Assembly: GCA_963747465.1 (NCBI GenBank)
Contig: CAVVFC010000004.1
Coordinates: 1,799 to 65,798 of the forward strand
Reading direction: 5' to 3'
Length of the DNA stretch: 64,000 bases
Origin: an uncultured Alphaproteobacteria bacterium
Lineage (GTDB): Bacteria > Pseudomonadota > Alphaproteobacteria > Rhizobiales > Rhizobiaceae
Below, one piece after another: positions 1-9,613 of the stretch (the stretch's first letter is position 1; each line of letters begins with the position of its first letter). The translations under genes were made by a program, and so were the position numbers. The notes below the pieces were generated by a model that was not told where the DNA came from, ran no database searches, and saw nothing but the letters and a program-made list of their open reading frames with translations.

Positions 1-39
1 TTCATGCAGCCTATGTTCTGCTCCGTTTCAGGAGATCCG

Positions 40-1062
40 ATGGCATTTCCGAGAAGGTCCGCCCACATCCTGGAGCGGCTGGCTGCGTGGCTGGTCGCCG
101 CTACGATGTCTCTTGGTCTCCTGTCGGTACCGGCAGCATCCCAGGAGACCCTGGAACCTGTCCGCGTCGGCGTCCTCAAATACGGAACGGTGAACTGGGA
201 ACTCGACGCCATGAAGCATGCCGGGCTGGACCGCGCGGCGGGCATCGACGTCGAGATCGTCCCCTTCGCCGGAGAAGACGCGACCAGCGTCGCATTGCAG
301 GCGGGCGCCGTGGACGTGATCGTCTCCGACTGGCTGTGGGTGTCGCGCCTTCGCTCGGGCGGTTCCGACGTGACATTCGTGCCCTATTCCTCCGCGGTCG
401 GAGCGATCATGGTGCCACCGGGCTCGAAGGTCGGCTCCCTTGGCCAACTGACGGGCAAGACAATCGGCGTGGCCGGCGGCCCGCTCGACAAGAACTGGTT
501 GCTCATTCAGGCACTTGCGCAAAGGAGCTACGGTATCGATCTCGCTGACGCCAACGAGATCCTCTACGGCGCGCCGCCACTGCTTGCGGAAAAGGCAAGG
601 CAGGGCGAGATCGATGCGGTGCTGAACTTCTGGCACTACTGCGCGCGGCTGGAGGCAGAGGGCTTCCGGCGGCTGGTCAGCGGTGCGGAGGCGGCGGAGG
701 CGCTCGGCGCGTCCGGACCGGTCGCGGCGATCGGCTACGTCTTCGACGAGAGCTGGGCGCGGGAGCATCCGGAGGCGGCGAACGGCTTCGTCGCGGCGAG
801 CCGCGCGACCAAGCAACTGCTCGCCGCCTCAGACGAGGAATGGCAGCGACTGTCGCCGCTGATAAGAGCGGATGGACGGGAGCTAGAGGTTCTGAGAGAG
901 AGGTTCCGCGAAGGCATACCGAGCCGACCCGCCGCCGACGAGGAAGCCGATGCCCGGCTGCTCTACGGTGTCCTGGCGCGGCTCGGAGGCGAGAAACTGG
1001 TCGGCCCGTCGCCGGAGATGGCTCCCGGCACCTACTGGTCCCGCCTCACGAGCGGTTCCTGA
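40..1062 (+). CDS. ABC transporter substrate-binding protein, NitT/TauT (SsuA/THI5-like) family
   Basis: ORF 4..1062. The ATG at 40 follows GGAG. Signal-like N-terminus and a GTVNWELD motif; followed by permease and ATPase genes. Confidence 0.85.
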   Translation: MAFPRRSAHILERLAAWLVAATMSLGLLSVPAASQETLEPVRVGVLKYGTVNWELDAMKHAGLDRAAGIDVEIVPFAGEDATSVALQAGAVDVIVSDWLWVSRLRSGGSDVTFVPYSSAVGAIMVPPGSKVGSLGQLTGKTIGVAGGPLDKNWLLIQALAQRSYGIDLADANEILYGAPPLLAEKARQGEIDAVLNFWHYCARLEAEGFRRLVSGAEAAEALGASGPVAAIGYVFDESWAREHPEAANGFVAASRATKQLLAASDEEWQRLSPLIRADGRELEVLRERFREGIPSRPAADEEADARLLYGVLARLGGEKLVGPSPEMAPGTYWSRLTSGS

Positions 1063-1068
1063 ACGGAC

Positions 1069-1827
1069 GTGCGACGCGGGCACTCGACAGGCTACGCGCT
1101 CGCATCGATCGCCTTGCTCGTCGCCGTGTGGTGGCTGCTTTCCAGGCAGATGGACCCGCGCATCTTCCCCTCTCCGGCGGCCGTCGTCGAGGCGTTCGTC
1201 CGCGAGGCCGCCACGGGCGATCTCTTCTTCAACCTGGGCATGACGCTGTTTCGCGTCGCCTGTGCCTTCATCCTGGCGATGGCCGTCGGCTCGGCCATCG
1301 GCATCACGCTCGGAATGAACAGGACTCTTGACCGCCTATTCGACCCTTGGGTCATTCTCTTCCTCAACCTCCCGGCGCTCGTCGTCATCGTGCTCGCCTA
1401 CATCTGGTTCGGGCTCAACGAAGCGGCGGCGATCGGCGCGGTGGCGGTCAACAAGATCCCGAACGTCGTCGTGACGCTGAGGGAAGGGGCCCGGACCCTG
1501 GACCGGGGATATTCGGAGGTCGCGCGCGTCTATCGCTTTTCCGCAAGGCAGCGCTACCTCGACGTCATCCTGCCGCAGCTCCAGCCCTACCTCGCTGCCG
1601 CCAGCCGATCCGGAATCGCGCTCAACTGGAAGATCGTCCTGGTCGTCGAACTGCTCGGCCGCTCGAACGGCGTCGGCTTCCAGATCCACCTGCACTTCCA
1701 GCTCTTCGACGTGGCGACGATCCTCGCCTATGCCCTGGCATTCGTGGCCGTGATGCTGTGCGTCGAGATGCTCGTGCTCCAACGGTTCGAAAGGTCCGTC
1801 AACCGCTGGCGCCCCGGCCATGCTTGA
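1069..1827 (+). CDS. ABC transporter permease (NitT/TauT family)
   Basis: Multi-TM protein with PSP..V motif, EAA-like loop and WKIVLVVELLG. Confidence 0.9.
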   Translation: MRRGHSTGYALASIALLVAVWWLLSRQMDPRIFPSPAAVVEAFVREAATGDLFFNLGMTLFRVACAFILAMAVGSAIGITLGMNRTLDRLFDPWVILFLNLPALVVIVLAYIWFGLNEAAAIGAVAVNKIPNVVVTLREGARTLDRGYSEVARVYRFSARQRYLDVILPQLQPYLAAASRSGIALNWKIVLVVELLGRSNGVGFQIHLHFQLFDVATILAYALAFVAVMLCVEMLVLQRFERSVNRWRPGHA

Positions 1828-2533
1828 GGTGGACATCGCCTCGAAGGCCTACGTCTCCAGCGACGGCGAGCGGCTGGAAGCGATCCGGGACATGCGCTTC
1901 GCGGTCGGGGAGGGGGAATTCGCCTGCCTGATCGGTCCTTCGGGGTGCGGCAAGACCACTTGCCTGCGTATCCTGCTCGGGCTGGAGGCCGGCTTCTCGG
2001 GGTCGTTTTCGCTTCCCCGCGCGACTCCGCGTATCGGGGCCGTCTTTCAGGAACCGCGACTGCTTCCCTGGCGGAGCGTCGACCGGAACGTGAGGCTGGC
2101 CCTGCCGCCGGAACGCCGGGGGTCGGATCTGGACGGGCTCTACTCGCGCCTCGGCCTGACCGGGTTCGAGGACTTCTTTCCCGGCGAGCTCTCGCTCGGG
2201 CTTGCCCGGCGGGCGGCACTGGCGCGGGCATTCGCGATAGAGCCGGACCTGCTGCTGCTCGACGAGCCGTTCACCTCCCTCGACGAGGCGATGGCCGCCG
2301 ACCTGCGCAAGCTGCTGATCGAGGTCTGGCAATCGCGAGGGACAACCGCGTTGATGGTGACACACAATCTGCGCGAGGCGGTGCAGCTTGCCGACAGGAT
2401 CATCGTCCTGACACCCCGACCGGGGTGCGTGCGTGGCGAGTTCGCGGTGCAGCCAAAGCGCGGCTGCCGCGATGCCATGACCGTCACGAGAATCTGCGAG
2501 GAGATCGCCGACCGGTTCCCGGGTGTCGCATAG
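1820..2533 (+). CDS. ABC transporter ATP-binding protein
   Basis: Walker [11 protein letters not shown]-loop VFQEPRLLPW, LSLG signature, Walker B LLLLDEPF, H-loop VTH. Confidence 0.93.
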   Translation: MLEVDIASKAYVSSDGERLEAIRDMRFAVGEGEFACLIGPSGCGKTTCLRILLGLEAGFSGSFSLPRATPRIGAVFQEPRLLPWRSVDRNVRLALPPERRGSDLDGLYSRLGLTGFEDFFPGELSLGLARRAALARAFAIEPDLLLLDEPFTSLDEAMAADLRKLLIEVWQSRGTTALMVTHNLREAVQLADRIIVLTPRPGCVRGEFAVQPKRGCRDAMTVTRICEEIADRFPGVA

Positions 2534-2655
2534 GCGCCTCGCCAGGCGGCGGATTCGGGATGCTGCCGCTGCGTTGGGCCAAGCCGTCGCGTCGGTTTGG
2601 CATGGCGCAAGCCGATTGGCAGGTGCTAGCTTTCATCCGGCAAGCGGAGCGAACC

Positions 2656-4348
2656 ATGGACCAGACAGCCGACCTCGTCATCACCAATGCCAGCGTGCTC
2701 ACAATGGACGATGCCGTGCCAAGGGCCCAAGCCCTGGCGGTGAAAGATGGAGAGATCGCGTTCGTCGGTTCGGCCGCCGATGCCGAAGGGTGGAAAGGAC
2801 CGGCGACCCGGGTGATCGACGCCCGGGGCGGGTCGGTGCTGCCGGGCTTCATCGAGAGCCACGTCCATCTCTTCATGGGGGCTGCCGAACTCGTGCATCT
2901 CCAGCTCTTCGGCGTGGCGGGGTTCGAACAGCTCAGCGAGAAGCTGCGGGCCTATGCCGCCGATCGGCCGGACGACAAGGTGCTGTTCGGGCAGTCCTGC
3001 GACTACACGATCCTGGGCGATGGCGAGACGCTGACCCGGCACCATCTCGACCGCATCGTCGCGGACCGTCCCATCGGGCTGGTGGCGCCCGACCATCATA
3101 CGATGTGGGCGAACACCAGGGCGCTGGAGATGGCCGGGCTGCTCAACGGCAAGGCGGTCAACCCGGGCAACGAGGTGGTGATGGGCGACGACGGCCTGGC
3201 GACCGGCGAACTGCGCGAAGGCGAGGCGATGACGCCGGTGGTGCACCTGGCCGGCGAGAGCCGGGTGCGGCTCGGCATCCAGACCGGCGGCGAGCCGGAG
3301 CGCTGGCCGAGCCCGGCCGAATGGGAGGCCGACAAGGAGATCATGCGCCGCGGCCTCGCCTACGCGGCCGAGCACGGCATCACCTCGTTCCACAACATGG
3401 ACGGCAATCTCTACCAGCTGCAGATCTCTGGCCGAGATCGAGGCGGAGGGCGGGCTCCTCTGCCGGGCGCAGGTGCCGTTCCACTACAAGAAGGCGATGG
3501 CGCTGGAGGACCTGGAAAAGGCCTCGGCCATGACCGACCGCTACGACAGCGAGTGGATCTCGTCGGGCATGGTCAAGGTGTTCATGGATGGCGTCATCGA
3601 TTCCGGCACCGCACACATGGTCGAGCCCTATGCAGACGGCGGCAACTGGCGCGGCGAGCCGTATTTTTCCGACGAGGAGTTCGCCACACTGGCAACCGAG
3701 ATCGACCGGCGCGGCCTGCAGATCGCGGTCCATGCGATCGGCGACGCTGCGGTGAGGACCGTGCTGGACGGCTACGAGGCCGCGCGCAAGGCAAACGGGC
3801 CGCGCGACAGCCGCCACAGGATCGAGCATATCGAGGTGACGACCGACGCCGACGTGCCGCGGTTTGCAGAGCTGGGCGTCATCGCTTCCATGCAGCCGCC
3901 GCACCCGCCGGGCTCGATGGGACTGCCGCTCGAACCCACGGTCTCGAAGATCGGCCGCGACCGCTGGCGGCTCGCCTATGCCTGGCGCACCATCAAGGAG
4001 ACCGGCGCGCATGTCGTCTTCGCCTCCGACTGGCCGGTGTCGCCGATCGACCCGATAGCGGGCATTCAGGCGGCGGTCGTGCGCAAGCGTTGGGCAGACG
4101 ACCTGCCCGACCACGCCTTCTCCCTGCACGAGGCGATCGCCGGCTACACGGTCGAAGGCGCCTACGCGCAATTCGCCGAAGATCGCAAAGGCCGGCTGAA
4201 ACCGGGCTACCTGGCCGACATCGTGGTTCTTTCCGGGGATATGGAAGCGACCGATCCGCATACCCTGCACGAGGTGCGCCCGGTCACCACGATCTGTGGA
4301 GGCAAGATCACCTTCGAGCGTGCAGAGGTTGGCACGAAGGTTGCGTGA
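2656..4348 (+). CDS. Metal-dependent amidohydrolase (Amidohydro_3, YtcJ/NfdA-like); one +1 frameshift near 3427 (probable sequencing error, or pseudogene)
   Basis: N-half (PGFIESHVH) lies in the 1945 frame and C-half (HAIGD, RHRIEH, ASDWP, GRLKPGYLADIVVL) in the 3473 frame. Removing one base in cag-atc-T-ctg-gcc joins them into ~563 aa. Confidence 0.85.
4330..4345 (+). promoter_or_regulatory. Sigma-54 (-24/-12) promoter for the pot-like operon
   Basis: TGGCACG-AAGG-TTGCG matches the TGGCACG-N4-TTGCW consensus at all but the last base, with exact GG-N10-GC spacing, ~130 bp upstream of the ATPase gene. Confidence 0.75.
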
Positions 4349-4349
4349 A

Positions 4350-4382
4350 TTGTTGAACGGTCACTGAATGCCCGTTCAACAA
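4350..4382. promoter_or_regulatory. Palindromic operator-like site (TetR-type) or hairpin
   Basis: Perfect 11-bp inverted repeat TTGTTGAACGG-N11-CCGTTCAACAA overlapping the predicted sigma-54 transcription start. Confidence 0.6.
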
Positions 4383-4477
4383 GCTTGTTGCCAAGGCGGA
4401 CGCCATGTGGTGACATTCGGACGGGAACGAGAAACCCGGCGCGAAGACGCGGGCGATGACAGGAGCGGGGCTGGATT

Positions 4478-5572
4478 TTGCCGGAGACACCGGAACGGAA
4501 TGCGATAGAGGTCAGCGGAGTCAGCAAGGTCTTCGGGTTCGGACCCGACAAGGTCGTCGCCCTGAACGACGTGCACGTCTCCATCCGCGAGAACGAGTTC
4601 TTCACGCTGCTTGGACCATCCGGCTGCGGCAAGACCACGCTCCTGAGGCTGATCGCAGGCTTCGATTTTCCGACCGACGGCGCGATCCTGCTGCACGGCG
4701 ACGACATAGCGACGCTTCCGCCCTACAAGCGGCCGGTCAACACGGTCTTCCAGAGCTATGCGCTTTTTCCTCACCTGACGGTGGCGAAGAACATCTCCTT
4801 CGGGCTCGAGATGCTGGGACGGCCCAAGGCCGAGATCGACCAGCGCGTGACCGAGATGCTGAAACTCGTGCAAATGGAGGAACTGCGGAACCGTTCGACG
4901 GCAGCGATTTCGGGCGGGCAGCAGCAGCGGGTCGCACTCGCCCGCGCGCTGGCGCCGCAGCCCAAGGTGCTGCTTCTCGACGAGCCGCTGTCGGCACTCG
5001 ATTACAAGTTGCGCAAGGAGATGCAGATCGAGCTGAAACGCCTGCAGCACGAGACCGGGATCACCTTCATCTTCGTCACCCACGACCAGGAGGAGGCGCT
5101 GACGATGTCGGATCGTATCGCGGTGATGTCGGCCGGCAACATCCTGCAGATCGGGTCGCCCGAGGACATCTACGACCGTCCGGCCGTGCGCTTCGTCGCC
5201 GATTTCATCGGCGAGACGAATTTCCTCGAGGGCACGATCGAGGAACTCGCAGGGGACAAGGCACGGGTGAGGCTATCGTCCGGCGCCGTGATCGACGCAT
5301 CGGTCGCTGACGGCTTCCAGCCTTCGGGATCGGTCACGGTCGTGGTGCGGCCGGAACACGCCAGCCTGGCGACGGAAGGCGGGCAACTGGCGGGGCGGCT
5401 CTCCAACATCGTCTATTTCGGCACCGACACGCATCTGCACGTCGAACTCGAAGGTGGCGGCGAGTTCATCGTGCGCCAGCAGAACACAAGAGCCGACCGC
5501 GGAACGGCGAAGGTCGGCGATCCGGCATCGATCCTCATCGGCACGGGCGCAGCCCAGGTTCTGAAGGACTAG
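4478..5572 (+). CDS. potA: Polyamine-type ABC transporter ATP-binding protein (PotA-like)
   Basis: [46 protein letters not shown] and a C-terminal TOBE-like region; TTG start uncertain. Confidence 0.9.
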   Translation: MPETPERNAIEVSGVSKVFGFGPDKVVALNDVHVSIRENEFFTLLGPSGCGKTTLLRLIAGFDFPTDGAILLHGDDIATLPPYKRPVNTVFQSYALFPHLTVAKNISFGLEMLGRPKAEIDQRVTEMLKLVQMEELRNRSTAAISGGQQQRVALARALAPQPKVLLLDEPLSALDYKLRKEMQIELKRLQHETGITFIFVTHDQEEALTMSDRIAVMSAGNILQIGSPEDIYDRPAVRFVADFIGETNFLEGTIEELAGDKARVRLSSGAVIDASVADGFQPSGSVTVVVRPEHASLATEGGQLAGRLSNIVYFGTDTHLHVELEGGGEFIVRQQNTRADRGTAKVGDPASILIGTGAAQVLKD

Positions 5573-5575
5573 CCG

Positions 5576-6496
5576 ATGTCGAAAGCCGCGGAGACCGCCC
5601 GAAAAGCCGAACGCGACGACGTCCGCGGCCGCTGGCTTCTCTCGGCGCCGGCGTTGCTCATCATCCTGTTCGCCGGCGTGGGGCCGCTCGCGATCGTAGT
5701 CGTCTATTCCTTTCTGGAACCGGGCAACTACGGCGACGTGAAGTGGCAGTTCTCGACCGACGCCTGGACGGGCGTCGTCCTGCAGCGCGACATATTCGAC
5801 GACACGCTCTCGCTCGCCGACGCGCATCTGGCCATCTTCTGGCGCTCGATCAAGCTTTCCTTCTTCACGACGGTGCTCGCCTTCGTCTTCGGCTTCCCGA
5901 CGGCCTACTTCATCGCGACCCGGCCCGAACGCACGCGCGCGATCTGGCTATTCCTCATCACGATCCCGTTCTGGACCAACCTCCTCATTCGAACCTTCGC
6001 CATGCAGGAAATGCTCCGCAACGAAGGGCTGTTCAACATTGTGCTGATGAAGATCGGCATCATCTCGACGCCGATCCAGATCATCTACACCGACACGGCC
6101 ATCATGCTCGGCATGCTCTACGTCTACCTGCCGCTGATGGTGCTGCCGCTCTATGCGTCGATGGAGAAGCTCGATTTCAGCCTGGTGGAGGCCGGATACG
6201 ACCTTTATGCGAGCCGCCTGCAGGTGCTGCGGCGCATCATCCTGCCGCTGGTGAAGCCGGGCATCATTGCCGGCTCGATTCTCGTCTTCATTCCCTCGCT
6301 GGGCGCCTACGTGACGCCGCGCCTGCTCGGGGGCGGGCGCAACCTGATGCTCGGGAACCTGATCGAGCTGCAGTTCGGGCAGGGAAGGAACTGGCCGCTC
6401 GGAGCATCGCTGTCCATCACCCTGCTCGTGATCGTGATGGCGGCGCTGCTGGTCTACGTGCGCTATGCCGGCGCGACGGGGAAGCGGCATGGCTAG
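5576..6496 (+). CDS. potB: Polyamine-type ABC transporter permease (PotB-like)
   Basis: PFWTNLLIRT, YLPLMVLPLY, EAGYDLYA, NWPLGAS motifs. Confidence 0.9.
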   Translation: MSKAAETARKAERDDVRGRWLLSAPALLIILFAGVGPLAIVVVYSFLEPGNYGDVKWQFSTDAWTGVVLQRDIFDDTLSLADAHLAIFWRSIKLSFFTTVLAFVFGFPTAYFIATRPERTRAIWLFLITIPFWTNLLIRTFAMQEMLRNEGLFNIVLMKIGIISTPIQIIYTDTAIMLGMLYVYLPLMVLPLYASMEKLDFSLVEAGYDLYASRLQVLRRIILPLVKPGIIAGSILVFIPSLGAYVTPRLLGGGRNLMLGNLIELQFGQGRNWPLGASLSITLLVIVMAALLVYVRYAGATGKRHG

Positions 6497-7292
6497 CCGG
6501 CGCTTCGACATAAGGCAGCAGACCGGCTTTCCGACGATCGCGCTGCTATGCTTCTTCCTTCTGTACCTGCCGATGGCGCTGGTCGTGGTGTTCGCCTTCA
6601 ACGCGGGGACGTCGATCGCCATCTGGGAAGGCTTCTCGCTGCGCTGGTTCGCGCAAGCCTGGAACAACGAGCAGGTGGTCAGCGCCTCGATCCGATCGGT
6701 GCAGATCGCCTCGGTCGCGGCGATCGTGGCGACTGTCGCCGCGACGATGGCTGCGCTGGCGACGACCCGCACGCGCCCCTATCGCGGCCTGACCTTCAAG
6801 TACGCCTTCATCAACCAGCCGCTGATGGTGCCGGAAATCGTCACCGCGGTCGCCCTGCTGATATTCTTCTCGCGCATCAAGATCGCGACGGGCTATTCGG
6901 GGCTGGGCTACCTGATGATCGCTCATGCCGCCTTCTGCATACCATTTGCCTATCTGCCGATCCGGGCACGGCTGGAGAACATGGACCTGTCGCTGGAGAC
7001 GGCGGCGGCGGACCTCTACGCGACGCCCTGGAACGTCTTCCGTCGCGTTACGCTGCCGCTGCTGTGGCCGGGCATCATCGCGGGGATGATGCTGGCCTTC
7101 GTCATTTCTCTCGACGACGTCGTCATCACGGAGTTTGTGAAATCCGGCGGACAGGATACCCTGCCCACCTACATGCTCGGGCAGTTGCGCCGCATCGTGA
7201 CGCCCGAGATCAATGCGATCTCGACCGTGTTCCTGCTGATCTCGGTCGCGATCGTGACGGTCTTCTTCTTCATCAGCAGGAAGCGGGACTAA
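6489..7292 (+). CDS. potC: Polyamine-type ABC transporter permease (PotC-like)
   Basis: FLYLP, GFSLRWF, ETAAADLYA, SLDDVVIT, TPEINA motifs; ATG overlaps the potB end. Confidence 0.9.
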   Translation: MASRRFDIRQQTGFPTIALLCFFLLYLPMALVVVFAFNAGTSIAIWEGFSLRWFAQAWNNEQVVSASIRSVQIASVAAIVATVAATMAALATTRTRPYRGLTFKYAFINQPLMVPEIVTAVALLIFFSRIKIATGYSGLGYLMIAHAAFCIPFAYLPIRARLENMDLSLETAAADLYATPWNVFRRVTLPLLWPGIIAGMMLAFVISLDDVVITEFVKSGGQDTLPTYMLGQLRRIVTPEINAISTVFLLISVAIVTVFFFISRKRD

Positions 7293-7320
7293 CAACGAGC
7301 AGGAAAATGGGAGAACAACC

Positions 7321-8355
7321 ATGCACTGGAAACTGACCGCTACGGCCGTGGGCCTGGCCATGCTTGCCGCACCCGGCACCGCGAGTGCCGAAGGGCAGCT
7401 CAACATCTTCAACTGGGGCAACTACACCAATCCCGAACTGATCGAGAAGTTCGAGAAGGAATACAACGTCGACGTCACGGTCACCGACTATGATTCCAAC
7501 GACACCGCGCTCGCCAAGGTGCGCCAGGGCGGCCACGGCTTCGACATCGTGGTGCCGTCGGCCAGCGTCATTCCGATCTGGCTCGAGGAAGACCTCCTTC
7601 TGGAGACCGACCCGAACCAGATGGAAAACTACAAGTACATGGCGGACCGCTGGAAGGACGTGCCGTTCGATCCGGGCCGCAAGTATACCGTGCCGTGGCA
7701 GTGGGGCACGACCGGCGTGACGGTGAACACGGCCGACTACAAGGGCGACATCAATACCTCCGCCATCTTCCTCGACCCGCCGCCGGAACTCGAAGGCAAG
7801 ATCAACGTCGTGCCCGAGATGGCGGACGTCATGCATATGGCCATCACCTACATGGGCGGCGAACCCTGCACGGCCGACAAGGAAGTGCTGAAAAAGGTCC
7901 GCGACAAGCTGCTCGAGGCCAAGCCGAAGTGGATTTCCATGAACTACGGAAACATCGAAGCCATGACCAAGCGCGACTTCCTGGCGACCGTGAACTGGAA
8001 CGGGGCATCGCTGCGCATGCGCGAGCAGGATCCGAACATCAAGTACGGCTATCCGAAGGAAGGCTATCCGATCTGGATGGACAATGTCGCAGTCCTCAAG
8101 GACGCCAAGAACGTCGAGAACGCAAAGCTCTTCCAGAACTTCATCATGAAGCCGGAGAACGCGGCGCTGATCTCCGCCTTCGCCAAATATGGCAACGGCA
8201 TCGAAGGTTCGGAGGAATTCATGCCCGAGAACATGAAGGACGCGCCGGAGATCGTCGTGCCGGAGGACCTGCAGAGCGCCGGCTCCTTCATGCTGACCTG
8301 TCCGCAGGAAGCGCGCGATCTCTATACCGCCATCTGGACCGAGCTCCAGAAGTGA
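7321..8355 (+). CDS. potD: Polyamine-type ABC transporter substrate-binding protein (PotD/PotF-like)
   Basis: Signal peptide, LNIFNWGNY, YDSND, VPWQWGTTG, PKEG..W.DN motifs. Confidence 0.9.
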   Translation: MHWKLTATAVGLAMLAAPGTASAEGQLNIFNWGNYTNPELIEKFEKEYNVDVTVTDYDSNDTALAKVRQGGHGFDIVVPSASVIPIWLEEDLLLETDPNQMENYKYMADRWKDVPFDPGRKYTVPWQWGTTGVTVNTADYKGDINTSAIFLDPPPELEGKINVVPEMADVMHMAITYMGGEPCTADKEVLKKVRDKLLEAKPKWISMNYGNIEAMTKRDFLATVNWNGASLRMREQDPNIKYGYPKEGYPIWMDNVAVLKDAKNVENAKLFQNFIMKPENAALISAFAKYGNGIEGSEEFMPENMKDAPEIVVPEDLQSAGSFMLTCPQEARDLYTAIWTELQK

Positions 8356-8365
8356 CGATCGATCG

Positions 8366-8390
8366 GGCTCCGGCGCAAGGCGCCGGAGCC
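8366..8390 (+). terminator. Strong stem-loop after the SBP gene (terminator or mRNA-stabilising hairpin)
   Basis: GGCTCCGGCGC-AAG-GCGCCGGAGCC perfect 11-bp stem followed by a pyrimidine-rich tract. Confidence 0.7.
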
Positions 8391-8413
8391 ACGTTCCTTT
8401 TCCTCCCCGCCAC

Positions 8414-9613
8414 ATGAAATCATACCGGAACACCGATCCGAAGCCGCCGATCATGGCCGGCTCTCCGCCCGTGCTCGTCCCTCCGGCAATGGACTGGGAC
8501 CGCGCGCCGTGGAACCGCTGGACGTTCCAGCACATGCGCGAGATGACGGCCACGGCCGAAGTGTGGCGCGGCGCCGGACATGCATCCCGGCTGGAACGGC
8601 GTGAAGAGAATCTCGACCATCTCGCGGTGGCCGGTATCGATGGCGCTCCGACCACACTCAGCCGCCTGCTCGACGCTACCTACACGGATGGCTTCCTCGT
8701 CCTGAAGGACGGTGCTGTCGCCTACGAGCGCTATTTCAACGGCATGACGCCCCGCACGCTGCACCTGTCGCAATCGATGGCGAAATCGGCGACAGGGGCC
8801 GTCGCGGGCATCCTGGTCGGCCGCGGTGTCATGGACCCCGATGCTCCCGTGTCGACATATCTGCCCGAACTCGAGGACACCGCGTGGCAGGGGGCAAGGC
8901 TCCAGCACGTGCTCGACATGACCACCGGCGTGCGCTTCGTGGAAGCGTACGAGGACCCAAACTCCGACATCGGCAAGGTGGGCGTCGCCTGCGGCTGGAA
9001 ACCCGTGCCGCCGACCGGTGATCCGGCCGCCCGCTGGTCGCAGCACATGTGGGACCTGATCCTGTCGTTCAAGGAGACGGTCCGCCCGCATGGCGAACGT
9101 TTCGAGTACAGATCTATCGAGACCGACGTGCTGGCCTTCGCGATGGAGCGCGTGACGGGCAAACGACTTGCCGAACTCGTCTCCGATGAACTCTGGCAGA
9201 AGATCGGTGCGGAGGAGAGCGCCTGCTTCACCGTCGACCGCGCCGGTTACGCGCTGGCCGACGGCGGGTTCAACGCCACGCTGCGCGATTACGCACGGTT
9301 CGGACAACTCATCCTCGACGGCGGCCGCGGCATCGTGCCGGCCGAATGGATCGAGGCGACGCGGACCGGTCATGTCCATGGGCCGGACTTCAGCCCATCG
9401 ATGCCGGAGGCCTCCTACCGCAACCAGTTCTGGCTGGAGGATCCGCGCACGCGCAACCTGATGTGCCGCGGCGTGTTCGGGCAACTCATCCACATCGACT
9501 TCTACCAGCGGGTCGTCGCGGTGAAACTGTCGAGCTGGCCGGATTTTTCCAGTGTGCCCTACAGCGTGGCGACGCTCGCCGCCGTCCATTCCATAGCGGA
9601 GGCCCTAAAATGA
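8414..9613 (+). CDS. Serine hydrolase, beta-lactamase fold (6-aminohexanoate-dimer hydrolase NylB-like)
   Basis: WDRAPWNRW N-terminus, SxxK (SMAKS), FEYRS, DGGFNATLRDYARFG and GVFGQ motifs. Confidence 0.85.
   Translation: MKSYRNTDPKPPIMAGSPPVLVPPAMDWDRAPWNRWTFQHMREMTATAEVWRGAGHASRLERREENLDHLAVAGIDGAPTTLSRLLDATYTDGFLVLKDGAVAYERYFNGMTPRTLHLSQSMAKSATGAVAGILVGRGVMDPDAPVSTYLPELEDTAWQGARLQHVLDMTTGVRFVEAYEDPNSDIGKVGVACGWKPVPPTGDPAARWSQHMWDLILSFKETVRPHGERFEYRSIETDVLAFAMERVTGKRLAELVSDELWQKIGAEESACFTVDRAGYALADGGFNATLRDYARFGQLILDGGRGIVPAEWIEATRTGHVHGPDFSPSMPEASYRNQFWLEDPRTRNLMCRGVFGQLIHIDFYQRVVAVKLSSWPDFSSVPYSVATLAAVHSIAEALK

Noticed and set aside
1945-4356. 803-aa ORF as a single protein
   Set aside because: It is an artefact: it overlaps the ABC ATPase out of frame at the 5' end and runs out of frame after the 3427 indel.
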